The position numbers and the translations under genes are program-made. The notes under the pieces are model-generated. The model made no database searches, had not been told where the DNA came from, and saw only the letters and a program-made list of their open reading frames with translations. DNA of 64,000 bases from the NCBI RefSeq assembly GCF_024166365.1, contig NC_064828.1, positions 30,439,814 to 30,503,813 of the forward strand, given 5' to 3'. The number at the start of each line of letters is the position of its first letter. Position 1 is the first letter of the stretch. This stretch comes from Elephas maximus. Taxonomy: Eukaryota. Positions 13,773 through 27,180 of the stretch are shown one piece after another.

Positions 13773-13947
13773 CTGCAGAAGAAATAGATAAGAAGCCGGG
13801 AATTAAGTCACTCTCCTTGAGAATCTAGTACTTCTCTTCCACCAACCCACCTCTATCAGATCTCCACCACCTCAGCCTATTCAATTCTTATTTTACTGAC
13901 CCTACCCAAAATCAAAGAGTAGGATCCAGTCCTTTAGACATCTTTAC

Positions 13948-14094
13948 CTTGCTCTCAAGAAGGCTGGTTAATCTGTCCAGGAATTCCAGAAGCTGTTGCT
14001 CTCGTTGCCGGGGCTCTGGCCAGGCAGGTTCCAGTGCTGCAGCCCGAGAGAAGCCCTCCAGGGCCTCCCCGTAACTCTCTTCATATTTATGCAA
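13948..14094 (-). CDS. TTC5: TTC5 coding exon 7. Encodes [49 protein letters not shown]
   Basis: Acceptor cttcttgtacag|ttg and donor aag|gtaaag. The exon is 147 nt and phase 0 at both ends. Confidence 0.9.
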
Positions 14095-14588
14095 CTGTAC
14101 AAGAAGTAACCCAAAACCTCCCAATTACAAGTGTACTTAACATAAACTATGCAGAGGGAGGAAAGACACGGGAGCTAGGAATCTAGAGAAACAACTGCTT
14201 TCCTTCCCAGATCTACCATAAACAGCCTGGAGAGCTGGTAATGCCTTACAACCTGCCTTCCTGGCCAAGGTGATCACATCCCCAAAGTTGGAATTATTTC
14301 AAAGCTAACTTCCGAACTCTAGAATAATTAAGTTGCATAGATTGGGTCATTTCATTTTTATATTTAAAATTAACATTTCAGAGAAGTCTTCTAAACTATC
14401 TTCCCACACTCTATGTACCCTCCCACCTTCTCAGTCCCTTCCCCCTCCAGTGACTCCACCAGATACTGAAGCCAAGTAAGCTAACTCTTCCTAGAAATAA
14501 TGTGACTTTCCACTAGCAATTTGTACCCTACCTTGTCTCTACGTGTACTCAGTCACCCTCAGAGGACCACCACCCTCACAGGTCTTAC

Positions 14589-14645
14589 CGTCGCCCTGTT
14601 CAGATGAAGGTCAGGATTGCTGGAAGCTGTCCTGTCGACCTTCTC
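14589..14645 (-). CDS. TTC5: TTC5 coding exon 6 (57 nt). Encodes EKVDRTASSNPDLHLNRAT
   Basis: Acceptor ctgtag|gag and donor acg|gtaagac. This small exon is absent from the ORF track and was found by translating the minus strand. Confidence 0.85.
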
Positions 14646-15540
14646 CTACAGAGAGATAAAAAGATCATCAGTGGATCCCATCTCAGTCTTAAGGAGGACC
14701 ATGTCCAACAGTTCCTAGGCCTCCTCTTTCTAGAAAAACGCTAAGTGGAAATGCTACCCATACTCACGCTGTTATAAAGCAACTACTTGTGTGATATATA
14801 GTTACCAACAAGTACAACACAAAACTTCATCCAAAAAGGTTTACTCAGTCCCCGAAACCTCAGCAATATATGGGGTTTTGTGTGTCTGTGTGCGCATGTG
14901 TGTTTGTGCATGGAACTTTAAAATATGATAATAAATTATCTGTACAATATTAGAAACATAGAAAAGAAGTATGTGAAAGCATTCTGATAAACTTTTTTTT
15001 AAATAGTGAGGCGCTGATATAGTGAGGAAAGCCTCTAACAGAAAGGATGCTAACTTGATGCATGTCCTCTGCCCATGAGTCTGACTCCAGGCACATGCAG
15101 AATCAGATTTCTACATCTAAAAAATAAGCTCCCTTAAAACACACACACTGGAAGTCAAATTCTGATTCTCTAATTACAATGGCTGGTCAAAAATCATAGG
15201 ACAGGGCAGACAAATGCACTCTGAAGAAACTGCTGGCTATCTTCATTTTATTTTTTTAATTCTATTCATTGCCTGGCACATTGCCAAAGCATAAACATGA
15301 TTTAAAATGGTTGCTTCAAGTATGTTTCAAAATGCAGGCGTGGTGAAGAATTTAAGAGTAAAAAACAACAATTTAAGAGAAGTCAAATATAAAATCATAA
15401 AGAAATACATCATATTATTTGAAATATAAACATTTATCAGATTAAGAAATTAGAGTAAAATATAATTTCTCTGCCTAAAAGTTTCTTACCTGAAAAAAGG
15501 GCAGTCCCTAAACCGCACACAAGAATATTGGGTGACTGTA

Positions 15541-15710
15541 TTCTTGCCTGGAAACCCTGGTGGCGTAGTGGTTAAGTGCTATGGCTGCTAATCAAGAGGC
15601 TGGCAGTTCGAATCCGCCAGGCACTCCTTGGAAACTCTACGGGGCAGTTCTACCTTGTCCTATAGGGTCACTATGAGTCAGAATCGACCTGACAGCAGTG
15701 AGTTTTTGGT
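15541..15710 (+). mobile_element. AfroSINE copy
   Basis: ggaaaccctggtggcgtagtggttaagtgctatggctgctaatcaagaggctggcagttcgaatccgccagg...ggggcagttctaccttgtcctatagggtcactatgagtcagaatcgacctgacagc. Confidence 0.75.
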
Positions 15711-17217
15711 ATTCTTGATTATGGCACACAGAGAAAAAGTAATGGCAATAAAGAGAAATGAAGTCCTGATACATGCTACAACATAGATGAACCTTGAAAA
15801 CACCATGCTGATTAAAATTAGTCAGTCAAAAGGACAAATATCGTATGATTCCACTTTGATGAAATATCTGCAATAGGCAAGTGTACACAGACCTCTTTAT
15901 TAGTGGTTACCAGGGGCAGGCAGGAGGGAGGGGAAAGGGAGAATCACTGCTTAGGGGACAGTGAGCTTCTATTGAGGGTGATGGAAAAATGTGACACGGA
16001 TAATGGTGCTGATGGTACAACATCACGAACACAATTAATGTCACTGGATTGTACGTGTGAAGAATGCTGACATGGCAAATGTTTTGTTACATACACATTT
16101 ACCACAAATTAAAAAAAAAACGTAATGCTGGATTTTGGAGATAGGTAGTAGATCTTATAATTTTGGGGCTTTTTGTTATTGTAAAAATGAGGTCTTCTAA
16201 TGAACTGTAAAACACCTTTGGGGAGATGTAATGGCAAGTTAAGAAGCAATCCCCTAAGTCAAGAGAAACAAGAAAGCAAAGCAAAGTGAATACGAGGATT
16301 AAACAAAAAGTTCTCAGAAGGCCAACGTGAATCCCCTAACGAGTAAGCGAGCAGTCAAAGCCTGAAGAACGCACCCATGCCTGTGGCTATGGCCTAAAAG
16401 CAAAGCATGAGCTCCAGTGAATTAATTCCTAGGAAATGACGCAGAAGGGCCTACATGCTGTTACCTGAGTCTAAGGGAAATCCAGAGCCACAATATCTAA
16501 TGGTTAATTTGGGGATAGCACTTAATTTGCCTGGCCAATGCACCTCAGGTGCAGCCACCACTCATTCGTCAGTGGAGGCCTGCACATTACTATAATGCTG
16601 AACGTGTTTCAGCAGAGCTTCCAGACTAAGACAGACTGGAAAGAAAGGCCTGGCAATCTACCATATTTTTACACAAATAAGACATGCCTTCTACATTCTT
16701 TTGCCATCTGCACCCTCCCCACCACCCGCAAGACATTTTTGTAAACATACCATGCTAATTTTTTTCACAGCAACACTTAAAAAAAAAAATTTGGCATAGT
16801 GGTACTTACGAAAATACCTCGCAGGGGGAGGGTGCAGTTGTCAAACGAACATAGGAGGCACACATGGTTTGCATAAAAATACAGTACTTCCCAAAAATCA
16901 GCCAATAAAAAAAGCTATGGATCACCACAGTCCAACTGTCCACCAACCATGGGGATGGTGCAGGACCAGGCAGCACTTCATTCCATTGGGTATGGGGTCA
17001 CCAAGAGTCAGGGGCCAAGTGGATGGTGGCTAAAAACAACAATTGAAGTTTTCCTTTTTATTTAAAAATGTACACCAACGTGAACAAGTACTATTTTAAC
17101 AGATTTTTTTCCCGTTAAAAACAATGTGTTTGCTGAGGTGAGTTCGATGATTTGGTTATGCACGCCTATGAGAAACCTAGACTGCTCAAGGAGCTATCTG
17201 GCACTGAAACGCAAAAA

Positions 17218-17376
17218 AAAACAAACCCACTGCCATCAAGTCAATTCTGACTCATAGTGACCCTACAGGTCAGAGCAGAACTGCCCCATAGGGTTTCCAA
17301 GGAGAGACTGGTGGATTCGAACTTCCGACCTTTTGGTTAGCAGCTAAACTCTAAACCACTGTGCCACCAGGGCTCC
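17218..17376 (-). mobile_element. AfroSINE copy
   Basis: acaaacccactgccatcaagtcaattctgactcatagtgaccctacaggtcagagcagaactgccccatagggtttccaaggag...gtgccaccagggctcc. Confidence 0.75.
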
Positions 17377-17595
17377 AGCACTGAGACACTACACTGCAGA
17401 TGGCTGCTAATACTCAAAGCTACAAGGAGAAATAAGTTGCTTCTGAAGACACAGCTTAGCAAGCCCACATATGCTGGATGTCAGCGAACACCGCCCAGGC
17501 TTCTAGCCAAAGCGCCACAAGGAAGACGGAATGATGCTCTCGCTTCTTCTGCTGCTACCTCTACTCATCTGACCTGGATGACCACAAGGACTTAC

Positions 17596-17687
17596 TGCTT
17601 GAGCATAGGCATTGAGGGCTTGCTGGGAGATCTTAGGGCTCTGGCCAGTATTGAAGTAAAGAGAAAGGTATGCATTCCCCAGGATAT
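17596..17687 (-). CDS. TTC5: TTC5 coding exon 5. Encodes (Y)[30 protein letters not shown]
   Basis: Acceptor cttgcag|at, which completes t+at=Tyr, and donor gca|gtaagt. Confidence 0.9.
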
Positions 17688-18113
17688 CTGCAAGACAAAT
17701 ACAGAGATGCATCAACTCAGAGCCCAAGTTCAAGATATGACCTATTCTGATCATCCTCAAAAGTCTACTTGAAGGGCTTCACATCTGACACAAACCAGTG
17801 ATAACACCACTTTAGTATACCCAAAATTCTACTGACAGACAAACACGGAACCCATGAAGAAACCTTCAACAGACTGCACAAATCTCTGCCTTGCTTATAG
17901 GGAAACATAAGCCTCATCTCTTGGATCAATAGATTCAAGACTTCCTAGAACAGTGGTTCATCAAAGTACCTCTGGGGCTTCTTCAAAACAAACATGCCCT
18001 GGCTTTACCCTCAGAGTCAGAATCAACAGGTGGGGTTCAGAAGATTCTGGTGTGCAGCTATGCTTGAGAACCACTGCTCTAGAAACGTCTGGAGATCTTT
18101 TGAGAGCACTCAC

Positions 18114-18264
18114 ACCAGGAGCGGCCATCATGGACATCCATCTGCACAGCCAACTTGGCCTGTCGAACACTATCCATGACATGACGAGAATGTTCATCTC
18201 CAGTGTCAGCCCGCAGCTGGCGAAGCACCATGGACAGGTTTTGCAGGGAGACTTTGTTCTTGCA
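18114..18264 (-). CDS. TTC5: TTC5 coding exon 4. Encodes [50 protein letters not shown]
   Basis: Acceptor ccatttgcag|tgc and donor tggt|gtgagt, leaving phase 1. Confidence 0.9.
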
Positions 18265-18656
18265 CTGCAAATGGAAAAGATATTTACTCAACATTCCTAA
18301 TTACACCTTCTCTTTCCAGATCTATTCTGATCTCAATCCTCTCCTAAATCTAATTCTTCATCTTAATTCTTGCTCCATCTGAATCTCAGACCCCCATCTC
18401 CAAGGACCAGTTTGGTTGTTAACTTTTCTTCACTTCTCACCTACCCTGAACCTGATCTCATCACCTTCTTCTTTGCTCAGTTCCCTGTCCTGATCTTCTT
18501 CATCCAGGTCTGCTCCCCCAATCTCCCTCCTTTCTGATTCTGTTCTCCTGGTTTCAACTCAGCTCTACTCTAGTATCATGCCCCGAGGCAATTCACAGAC
18601 CAGAAAAATCCCATCCTTCCTATATGCATTTCCTGAGGGGACAGCAGGCAGCTCAC

Positions 18657-18868
18657 ATGGGTGAGGGCTCCTGAGAAGCAGGTGTGGGCTGCTGCAACAT
18701 CCCCTTTCTTCCAGTACACCTCACCCAGCTGGTTCCAGGCTTCCACCAGCTCAGGCTCCAGCTTCACAGCCTTTGACAGAAGCTCCTCAGCCCTAAGGCT
18801 ATAGTCAGGAGTCACATTCAGTGCCTTCCCAGTGAGCATCAGAACCTGGGCCTTGCTCTGGACAGAAC
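18657..18868 (-). CDS. TTC5: TTC5 coding exon 3 (TPR region). Encodes (G)[70 protein letters not shown]
   Basis: Acceptor cctag|gt and donor cat|gtgagc. It overlaps the track ORF 18576..18839. Confidence 0.9.
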
Positions 18869-19787
18869 CTAGGAGGGAGAGAAAAAGAGAGAGGAAAATG
18901 GAAAAACCCAGTCAGTCTTTCAGATAAGACTAGGGCACTATCTCTCAAGGAGTAACTCCGTGCCAGCTCTAGAAATAAAAGAGTTGAAGAAAATTTTTAT
19001 ATACAAACCGTTTATTGAAAGCCAGCCATATGCAGGGTACTATGCTGGGTAATGGGGTAACAAAGAAAGCACTATTGCTACTCTTGAGGGTTTACAACCT
19101 GGTGGAAACGACAAAGAATACTCATAAAAAAAGTAAAACAATGGAAAGGAGCATATGATATATGCCCAATGCATCGGTTTTAAAAAGTCAAGAGGAGAGA
19201 AGACAAGGCCCTCCAGGTTAGAAAATGATATAACAAAGATGCAGAAACACATGTGACATGTTTATGGGAGAATGGAAGGACCAACCTGGAAGAAATGTAA
19301 GATTGCTCTGTGAGTAAGAAGTCAGAGAAGAGGTTAGAAAAAAGTGAAAGGAGGGAGACTTGAATAAGGGGTTTAGACTTCTGCTAGTCAATAGTGCAAA
19401 TCTTTGAAGACACTGGAGCAAAGAGGCAGAGAAGACAATAAGATTAAATGAATGAAGTAATGTTTGGGAAGGTAATCATGGCTATGGTATTTATATAAGA
19501 TGATTTAGAAATGAAAGCAATTAGAGGCAGAAAAGTCAGTTAAGGACATTACTGCAATAGTTCAAGCAACAAGTATGCTCTTTTATTCCCTGGCATTTGC
19601 TATAATTTTAGGGAAAGTATTTTAGAGAGCTGAAAAACCATCACCACACACAGGGCTCTGAGAAGAAATATTCCATCATCCTGTAGCCATCACAAATAGG
19701 ATCCCAAAAAGGCTATAGACAGAGAGCACATCCCTATAACATTCAAGTGAAGATCAGGGAGGGGGCTGCGTTCTTTCGGACTCATAC

Positions 19788-19920
19788 CTGCTACTTTCTC
19801 CATCTGTTGCAGGGTCTTCTCCATCTCCTCCCGCACATCCTGTTGCTTCCTCCCAGCATCCTCAACACTATGTGTTTCAAAATAGCAGTCTCGAAATGAA
19901 TAGAGCTGATCCACCAGTTC
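19788..19920 (-). CDS. TTC5: TTC5 coding exon 2. Encodes [44 protein letters not shown]
   Basis: Acceptor tttcctag|gaa and donor gcag|gtatgag, leaving phase 1. Confidence 0.88.
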
Positions 19921-20036
19921 CTAGGAAATGTAAGAATGATACCATTAGGCAGAAGGAACACCAGACAAGGAAGTTTGAGATTGGCGAGCCACATCAGCCC
20001 TTGGCCTCGAAGTACTGATTCCCTATCTCACCTAGC

Positions 20037-20242
20037 GGAGCCCTGGTAGCACAGTGGTTAAACAGCTCAACCACTAACGGAAAGGTCAGGGGTTCAAACC
20101 CGCCAGCCACTCCGCAGGAAAACAATGTGGCAGTCTGCTTCCATAAAGATTTACAGCCTTGGAAACCCTATGGAGCAGTTCTACTCTGTCCTATAGGGTC
20201 ACTATGAGTCGGAATCAACTCGACAACAATGGGTCTGGTTTT
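20037..20242 (+). mobile_element. AfroSINE copy of the longer subtype, which carries the ccataaagatttacagcc segment
   Basis: ggagccctggtagcacagtggttaaacagctcaaccactaacggaaaggtcaggggttcaaacccgccagcc...ccataaagatttacagccttggaaaccctatggagcagttctactctgtcctatagggtcactatgagtcggaatcaactcgac. Confidence 0.75.
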
Positions 20243-22257
20243 GCGTTTATCTCACCTAGGAATGGCACAACAGGCAGGTGGTCAGCCCTATCAAAATGCC
20301 ACAAATCATGCGCGGAAGTAGCCAGTGACCCAGGCCTACTCTCAGGTTGTCCCATTTTTGCAGTCTCTGCACCACGATGACAGTTCTCTCTCCCCCAGCC
20401 ACAGCCAGGCTTCCAATATGACTAAGCAAGCACTTCACCTACCACAGTCACGAGAGGGGAAAACACTGTACAACATGAGATTAACCAAAAAATAACAAAC
20501 TCATCCTACCTGGTCCCCAAAGACTAAAACTTTGAACTTTACCTCAAACACAGACTTCCTGACAAAAACAATTTTATCCCCAATTTTTCCTGTGCTGCTG
20601 TCTGAAAATACAATGGGCTTTTGTAAGTATGATAAACATGTGAGAAAGGCAGTATTTTCAACCATGAACAGCCCAATTTGCTGTAGCCTCCACACTGTTG
20701 CAGGTTTTAAAAAAAACTTGTGTTTTTCTTGTTCAGTTGTTTTGTTCGATTTGGTAAATCATCTTCTGGCCCTCTTCCATTCTTTTCAAGTAAGCATTCT
20801 CGAGTGTCCTGTGCCACCAGTCAAAGCTTTTCCTAAAACTGAATAGCAGCAGAAACATATAATCCAATCCCAACAAGTCTTATCAACTACCTCCACAACA
20901 CATCCCAAATCCATCCACCTGTCTCCCTCCTGCTAGGCCATCCTAATCTAAGTCAGCATCATTACTTGCCTAGACTTTTCCAGTAGCTTCCTAACTGGGC
21001 ATCTTGCTTCTACTCTCTCCCATTCTCACTGCAGTCAGAGAGACCTTACAAAAGTGTGCATCACATCAGAAACCCTCCAATAGTTTCCCACTGCAGTCAG
21101 AATAAAATTCAACTCCGAAAATCCAACTTCTTATCATGGCCTAGAAGGCCCTGTCTGATCTGACCTTCCGCTACTCACCCTGCCACAAACTTCACTTCTT
21201 ACCAAACTCTCCTTCCTGCAACACTCCAGCCACCCTGCCCTTCATTTAGTTCCTCAAATCCTCCACGCTCCATCCCACCTTAGCATCTTTACACGTGCTC
21301 TGCCATCTGGAACACTCTGCCCCCATACCTGTGCATGGCTCATTGCTCATCATCATTTAGATCTTGGCTCAAATATCAGCTTCTCGGAGAGGCTTTCCCT
21401 AACTACCCAATCAAAAGAAACTTCTTTCTCCTCTCCTCCATGGTTAAATCATGCTCTTCATGACAACATTTTACTTATCATTTGAAATTATATGATCTAT
21501 TCATTTAATTGTCTACTGTCTGTCTCTACCACTAGAATGTAAGCTCCATGATGGGAGGGACCTTGTCTGTTTTGTTTACAACTATATCTGAGCACTGGAA
21601 CAGGGCTTGGGACATGCTAGGCTCTCATTTGCTAGGCTCTCATTAAACATATCGGTTAAATGAATTCACTGATGAATCCTCCCTGCCTCTAACAAATATG
21701 CTACGCTTAGTTTAAAAGGGTTACCCCGAATAAACTGAGTGGACTATCACCCTCTGTAGTACTGCTTTTCAAAGTTTATGTGTGGAGTATTTCCAGGCCC
21801 CAGCCTGCAGAGATTCTGATTTTAGGAGATTTAGCAGAACTCCAAATTCTGCATTTTTAACAAGCACCCTAGATGACGTTAATGAAAATGGTCTGTAAAA
21901 CACTTTGAGAAATATCCTTCTATACATGCCTTCTATTCTAAAACATCTGTAACAATTAAATCAAAGCTTACCATCATTCCCGTATATAGTAACATCACTA
22001 CCCATCCTTTTCCTCTCTTCTACCCCATTCTCTCATTCAATTCCAGCACCTGAAATACTCCCAGTGCCCTCTACCAAGCTGCTTAGTGCATCTACCACAA
22101 AGGTACCCAGGAAGAGACAGTCCTCAGCAAATATTACAGCTCACCTCCTTTTGTTCTAAAATCGGCATAGCTGCAAACTGGGAGTTTTAAAGAGGGTTTT
22201 ATTGTTTGTTTGTGTTTTGTTTTTTTCATTGTTAAAGCAAGCATGCAAAGAAATTTT

Positions 22258-22313
22258 TGGTTTGGTTTGGTTTGGTTTGGTTTGGTTTGGTTTGGTTTGG
22301 TTTGGTTTGGTTT
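22258..22313. repeat. (GGTTT)n microsatellite of about 11 units, in TTC5 intron 1
   Basis: ggtttggtttggtttggtttggtttggtttggtttggtttggtttggtttt. Confidence 0.9.
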
Positions 22314-22577
22314 TGCTGAGTGAATATTTTTAAAATTTTTTTTCCTCAGGACAAAAGCAATATATATAAGTTGTTAAAAATCAAATAGGTGTATGTAAAA
22401 AATAGAAAGTAAAAAATTCTTCACAATCATCCCAAACAACCTCAGGGAAAATCACTGTTTAGTGTATCTTCAGATTTTTTTTCTATACATATTCAAATAT
22501 ATATGCACACTGTTTCTTATGTGGAGCCAGGGTTGAGAACCGCTGATTGCAGCCAGTATATACTAGGAAATATAACG

Positions 22578-22730
22578 AAACCTGTTGCTGTCAAGCTGAT
22601 TCCGACTCATAGCGACCCTACAGGACAGAGCAGAACTGCTCCGCAGGATTTCCAAGGAGCACCTGGTGAATTCAAACTGCCAACCTTTTGATTAGCAGCC
22701 TCTTAACCACTATGCCACCAGAGGTTCCAA
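22578..22730 (-). mobile_element. AfroSINE copy
   Basis: cctgttgctgtcaagctgattccgactcatagcgaccctacaggacagagcagaactgctccgcaggatttccaaggag...accactatgccaccagaggttcc. Confidence 0.7.
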
Positions 22731-23629
22731 GAAATAAAATGAAGTTAATCCAAATCATTTGGAAATGAAATAAAGCCTACACTCTAAAAAGTGTTAATCT
22801 GCTCAAGAAACAAAGACATTTCACCAGTGTTTAAACTTTTGCCTTAGAAGCTTTTTTTTAAGCAAGGTACAAGCCTACCATGGGTCTAGTGTTTAAATTC
22901 CAGGCTCTGTTAGTACACAAAGGACTGAGTTTCTGAGGTTTAAAAGGAAAATCTTGGATTATTAAAAGATGGAGTCAACCAACTAGTTAACTCCAATTTA
23001 CCAGGCATAAAAAACTAGTCCTAGTCTCAACCACAATCAATTGTGGACTGGGTGGGGTCTGAACCCCTCTGCATCAAATCACCAACTGGGATTACCCCTA
23101 ACTGGAATTAAGAGTGTGCAAAATGATCAAAACTGTGAAGTCCCAGACACAGTACCAGGATACATGCAGTGCAGGCCATTACGACTGTGATTGTTGCCAA
23201 TTTCAAAGCAGAGAAATGTTGAAGAAATGGCCTTTGTAGGAGTCAAAACTGGATGAGATAATACACCTCATGTAGACCAGCCATACACATATGTATGCTA
23301 TCTGCTAAGGGTGAATCGAGAAAACACCGTTCCTCTCTAAGAATGCACATGAAAAAGGTGAGATGCAACAAATCGTCTTCCACACAGGTCTGCAATTAAG
23401 TGCAGGCAGGTCGGCAGCAGGGGGTTCCAATACATGGGCTGCGCCCCTCGCCTGGCCTGGGAGGCTCCCCTCGCTGCTGCGGCTGCACATTCGGGAGTTG
23501 TTATAGCAACCGCACAGACACAGGCAGCGTCATGTATGTGCCAAGGAATTCGGAGGCACTACATAAACTGAGTCCTCTGCTTCTCCCCGAGTAACAAAAG
23601 CACATACCGATTTTAATCTATGGCCCCAC

Positions 23630-23680
23630 CTGCAATTTCTGCAAGATCTGCTTGACTTCTTCCTCTTCATCAGCCATCAT
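23630..23680 (-). CDS. TTC5: TTC5 coding exon 1, containing the start codon. Encodes MMADEEEEVKQILQKLQ
   Basis: Two consecutive ATG codons at the start, and donor cag|gtgggg. The ten exons together sum to 1323 nt, which is 440 codons plus a stop, the same length as human TTC5. Confidence 0.85.
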
Positions 23681-23796
23681 TTCCCAGCCACCCTTGACTT
23701 CTCCGCCCCCAACTTCGTAACCACAGAGACGCACACCCACCCCCTTCATTGAGCCACAGCGACATCTAGGGCTCTGGAGGTTTACGTAGAGCTGAG

Positions 23797-23960
23797 CACC
23801 AAACCAAACCCAGTGCCATCCAGTCGATTCCGACTCACAGCGACCGTATAGGACAGAGTAGAACTGCCCCATAGAGTTTCTAAGGAGCGCCTGGTGCATT
23901 CGAACTGCTGACCCTCTGGTTAGCAGCCATAGCACTTAACCACTAGCCACCACGGTTTCC
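23797..23960 (-). mobile_element. AfroSINE copy, about 120 bp upstream of the TTC5 start codon
   Basis: caaaccaaacccagtgccatccagtcgattccgactcacagcgaccgtataggacagagtagaactgccccatagagtttctaaggag...cactagccaccacggtttcc. Confidence 0.75.
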
Positions 23961-24602
23961 GACCTGAGCACAGGAGCTGGTTTTTAAGAAAGGCCATTAC
24001 TCCCAACCAACTTAACCCAATGCCTGAAGCTCAAAAAAGGGCTCTGTATCTAGAGTTAATAAGGGTGTTTCTTTCCCAAATCCTGGAAACAAAATGTTAC
24101 TAGCTTAATTACATGTATGCTTTTGTTTCATAGCTTCCTACTTATTTATAACGAGATTATAATACCTGAAAAAAGGCAGTGGGTGCCTGTGTTATCAGTT
24201 TGAAATTTTGAATGGAATGTGTTACAGTGGTACACTACAGATCTGATTTTTTTTCCAAATTTCAGTGATTTTCTATGTATGAGCGATTTATAATTTCAAA
24301 CATACCATCCTAATAAATATATACTTTGAATGCCATCATGCTGTACATTAATAATGTTTATTCAGACTTATCTAAAAGTATACATAAGAAACAATGATTG
24401 TGTAGAGGGAAACAGCAAAAAATTCTTTTCACTGTGTCCTTTTGTTATCTTTTGAGTTTTTTACCACGTATTTTTTTTTTTTATATATATTCAAAACCAA
24501 ACCCACTGCTGTCAATTCTGACTCATAGCGACCCTATAGGACAGAGTAGAACTGCCCCATCCAAAATATAAGCACAACTTTTAAATTAAAAAAATTTGCC
24601 TT

Positions 24603-24765
24603 TGCCCCGGTGGTGCAGTAGTTAAGAGCTATGGCTGCTGCGAACCAAAAGGTCGGCAGTTCAAATCTGCCAGCAGCTCCTTGGAAACCCTATGGAGCAG
24701 TTCTACTCTGTCCTATAGGGTTGCTATGAGTCGGAATCAACTTAATGGCAAGGGGTAACATATTG
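24603..24765 (+). mobile_element. AfroSINE copy, with a 70-bp SINE fragment of opposite orientation immediately upstream at 24487-24560
   Basis: ccccggtggtgcagtagttaagagctatggctgctgcgaaccaaaaggtcggcagttcaaatctgccagc...ctatggagcagttctactctgtcctatagggttgctatgagtcggaatcaac. Confidence 0.7.
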
Positions 24766-27180
24766 TCATGGATTTAATTGTGTCCCCCAAAAATATCTGT
24801 CAATTTGGTTAGGCCATGATTCCCAGTATTGTGTGGTTGTCCTCCATTTTGTGACTGATATAATTTTGCTATATAAATCTTAATCTCTGCTTGTGGTGAA
24901 TGAGACAAGATTGGACTAGGATGGGATGTAACACCCTTTCTCAGGTCACATCCTTGATCCAACGTAAAGGAAGTTTCCCTGGGGTATGGCCTGCACCACC
25001 GTTTATCTTACAAGAGATAAAAGGAAAGGGAAGCCAGTAGAGATGGTGCGGGGCTGGCAGGGGTGGGGGGTACCTTATACCACCAAGAAAGCAGTGCCGG
25101 GGTCCTTTGGACCCTGGGTTCCTGCCCAGAGAAACTCCTAGATCAAGGAAAGATTGATGACAAGGACTTTCCTCCAGAACTGAGAGAGAGAAAAAACCTT
25201 CAACTGGAGCTGGCACCCTGAATTTGGACTTCTAGCCTATTGAAGATGTGAAAGAATAAACTTCTGTTTGTTGAAGCCATTCACTTGTGCTATTTCTGTT
25301 ATAGCAGCACTTGATAACTAAGACACATAGCACATCTGGAAAAAGACACAATAAGCTGGCAATAGTATTTGCTTTTAGAGTGGGGAGTTGCTGTGGGGAC
25401 AGGGGTAGGAGGGAGATTTTTCACTGTATGCGTTTTTTGTACCATTTGAATTTATAACATGGGAATTATCAAAGTATTCAATAAATACTTTTTTTAAAGT
25501 AGCAGGTAATATTCCTGACAGAATGTCTCTTTACTATTTTTAAATGCAGCTAATTTGTGCTTCAAATTGATTCCGTAAGCCTAACAAAGGAAGAAAAGGT
25601 TGAAAACAGAAATCATGACTTTATGTAAATAATTTCCTCAGATCTGTTTCTAACAAAATTTCAAACTCCACAGGGAAGAAAAATACTAATATGTAAAATG
25701 TAAAATCTGTCTGATTAGCTATAAAGTAGGGAAGAATGTTTTCAAAGCTTTTGAGTTAAGCCAAGATTTTTCATCTTCTTTCTCTGAACATCATTTTAAC
25801 CTTGGGGTACAGTGTAAAAAAAAGAAAATTGAATTAATTTTATACTCTATATTCCTAAAGAAGTATATATACTTGCTTGCTCTTCAATTATCTAAAGCAG
25901 AGATATTCACTTGCCTTTCTACAATGACTAAAGATAAAATATCCTCAAATGATTTGTGTATGATTTTTATTACCTAAGATTGGCATTTACAGTAATCTCA
26001 ATGTAATTCCTCCCATACCAAGAAGAACCAATCAAATAATTTAAGATTTAGAAAAGACTGTAAGGGTAATCTAATTCAACCCCTCATTTTAAAGATACAG
26101 AAACTAAAGCCCAGAAAGTTTAAATTCAAACTCATGCAACCGATATATGGAAAAACCATACATAGAACCCAGATATTCTGCCTCCCCAACCAGTATGCTT
26201 TTAAATCTTACTTCTAGTGGGACATAAAAGCCACTGAGATTACCCTTCAAAGTTCTTTCTTGGCTCTGCATTTTGAATATCTTATCTGTGATAGTAGTCA
26301 GAAACACTCACTATTTAGTAAAGGAAAACAAGGAACAAATCTTTAAAAATTATTTTAATTAGTGTAGTCTCTTGAGATCAATCACCTATTAGTAAATTTT
26401 CAGCTGTAGAAGTGTATTTCTAAATAATGAAACACAATGTTACAACTGCCAAAGGTAAAGAAGTAATTTTATTTTAAAATAAATGCCAAAAAATCAACTC
26501 TGCAAAATAATAACTTTATCAATATGAATTAAATAGAAATAAGAGACTGGACATATATACATCAAACTGTACTCACATGAGCATACTTTCAAACAAGTTA
26601 ATACAAGCGCAAATACATAAATATATACAAATAAATGAAATTAAAAATATACAAATAAAATAACAAGCTACAGACTCATTCCCATTTTCCAAGACCAGAA
26701 TTTTCATAGATACACTGGCAAATAAAGCAAAATATAAATGTAAATAAACACACTTACCTGTGTGTGTGTGTGTGTACACACATAAATACAAGAAGCCAAA
26801 GTGACATGTTGACATATAACTCAGGCACTCATATACACACGCATAAATACGCAGCTCAGTCAGAAATAGCCCAGTCAGAAAGTGATCTATGAAACGCTCA
26901 TTAAGTCAACCTATGTCATGACTACTTGTGAAAACTAAACAGTTCACAATGAAATTGGGATGATCAAAACCATGCTCACCCTTTAAATAATAAAAACCGA
27001 CAAAAGAAACCAGACTCTAAAGCCACTCCCCATTTCCAATGAGTTTCTTATAAGTTGAAAACGTGAAGGCAACTTCAGAGACGTAATAGCACAGGGAGGT
27101 TGACAACTTCGGTCTAGAATAAAGACTATTTGCTAAATGAAATCACCGAACATGAACACAGAAACATTCTGTAAAGTGAC

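Noticed and set aside
16945-17030. The segment ggtcaccaagagtcaggggccaagtggatggtggc, which resembles the AfroSINE 3' body
   Set aside because: It is too short and too diverged to call.
21000-21700. A low-complexity segment rich in CT and CA (…ctagaatgtaagctccatgatgggagggaccttgtctg…) that resembles an ancient interspersed repeat
   Set aside because: I cannot assign it to a family from memory and there is no second copy in the window, so I left it unannotated.
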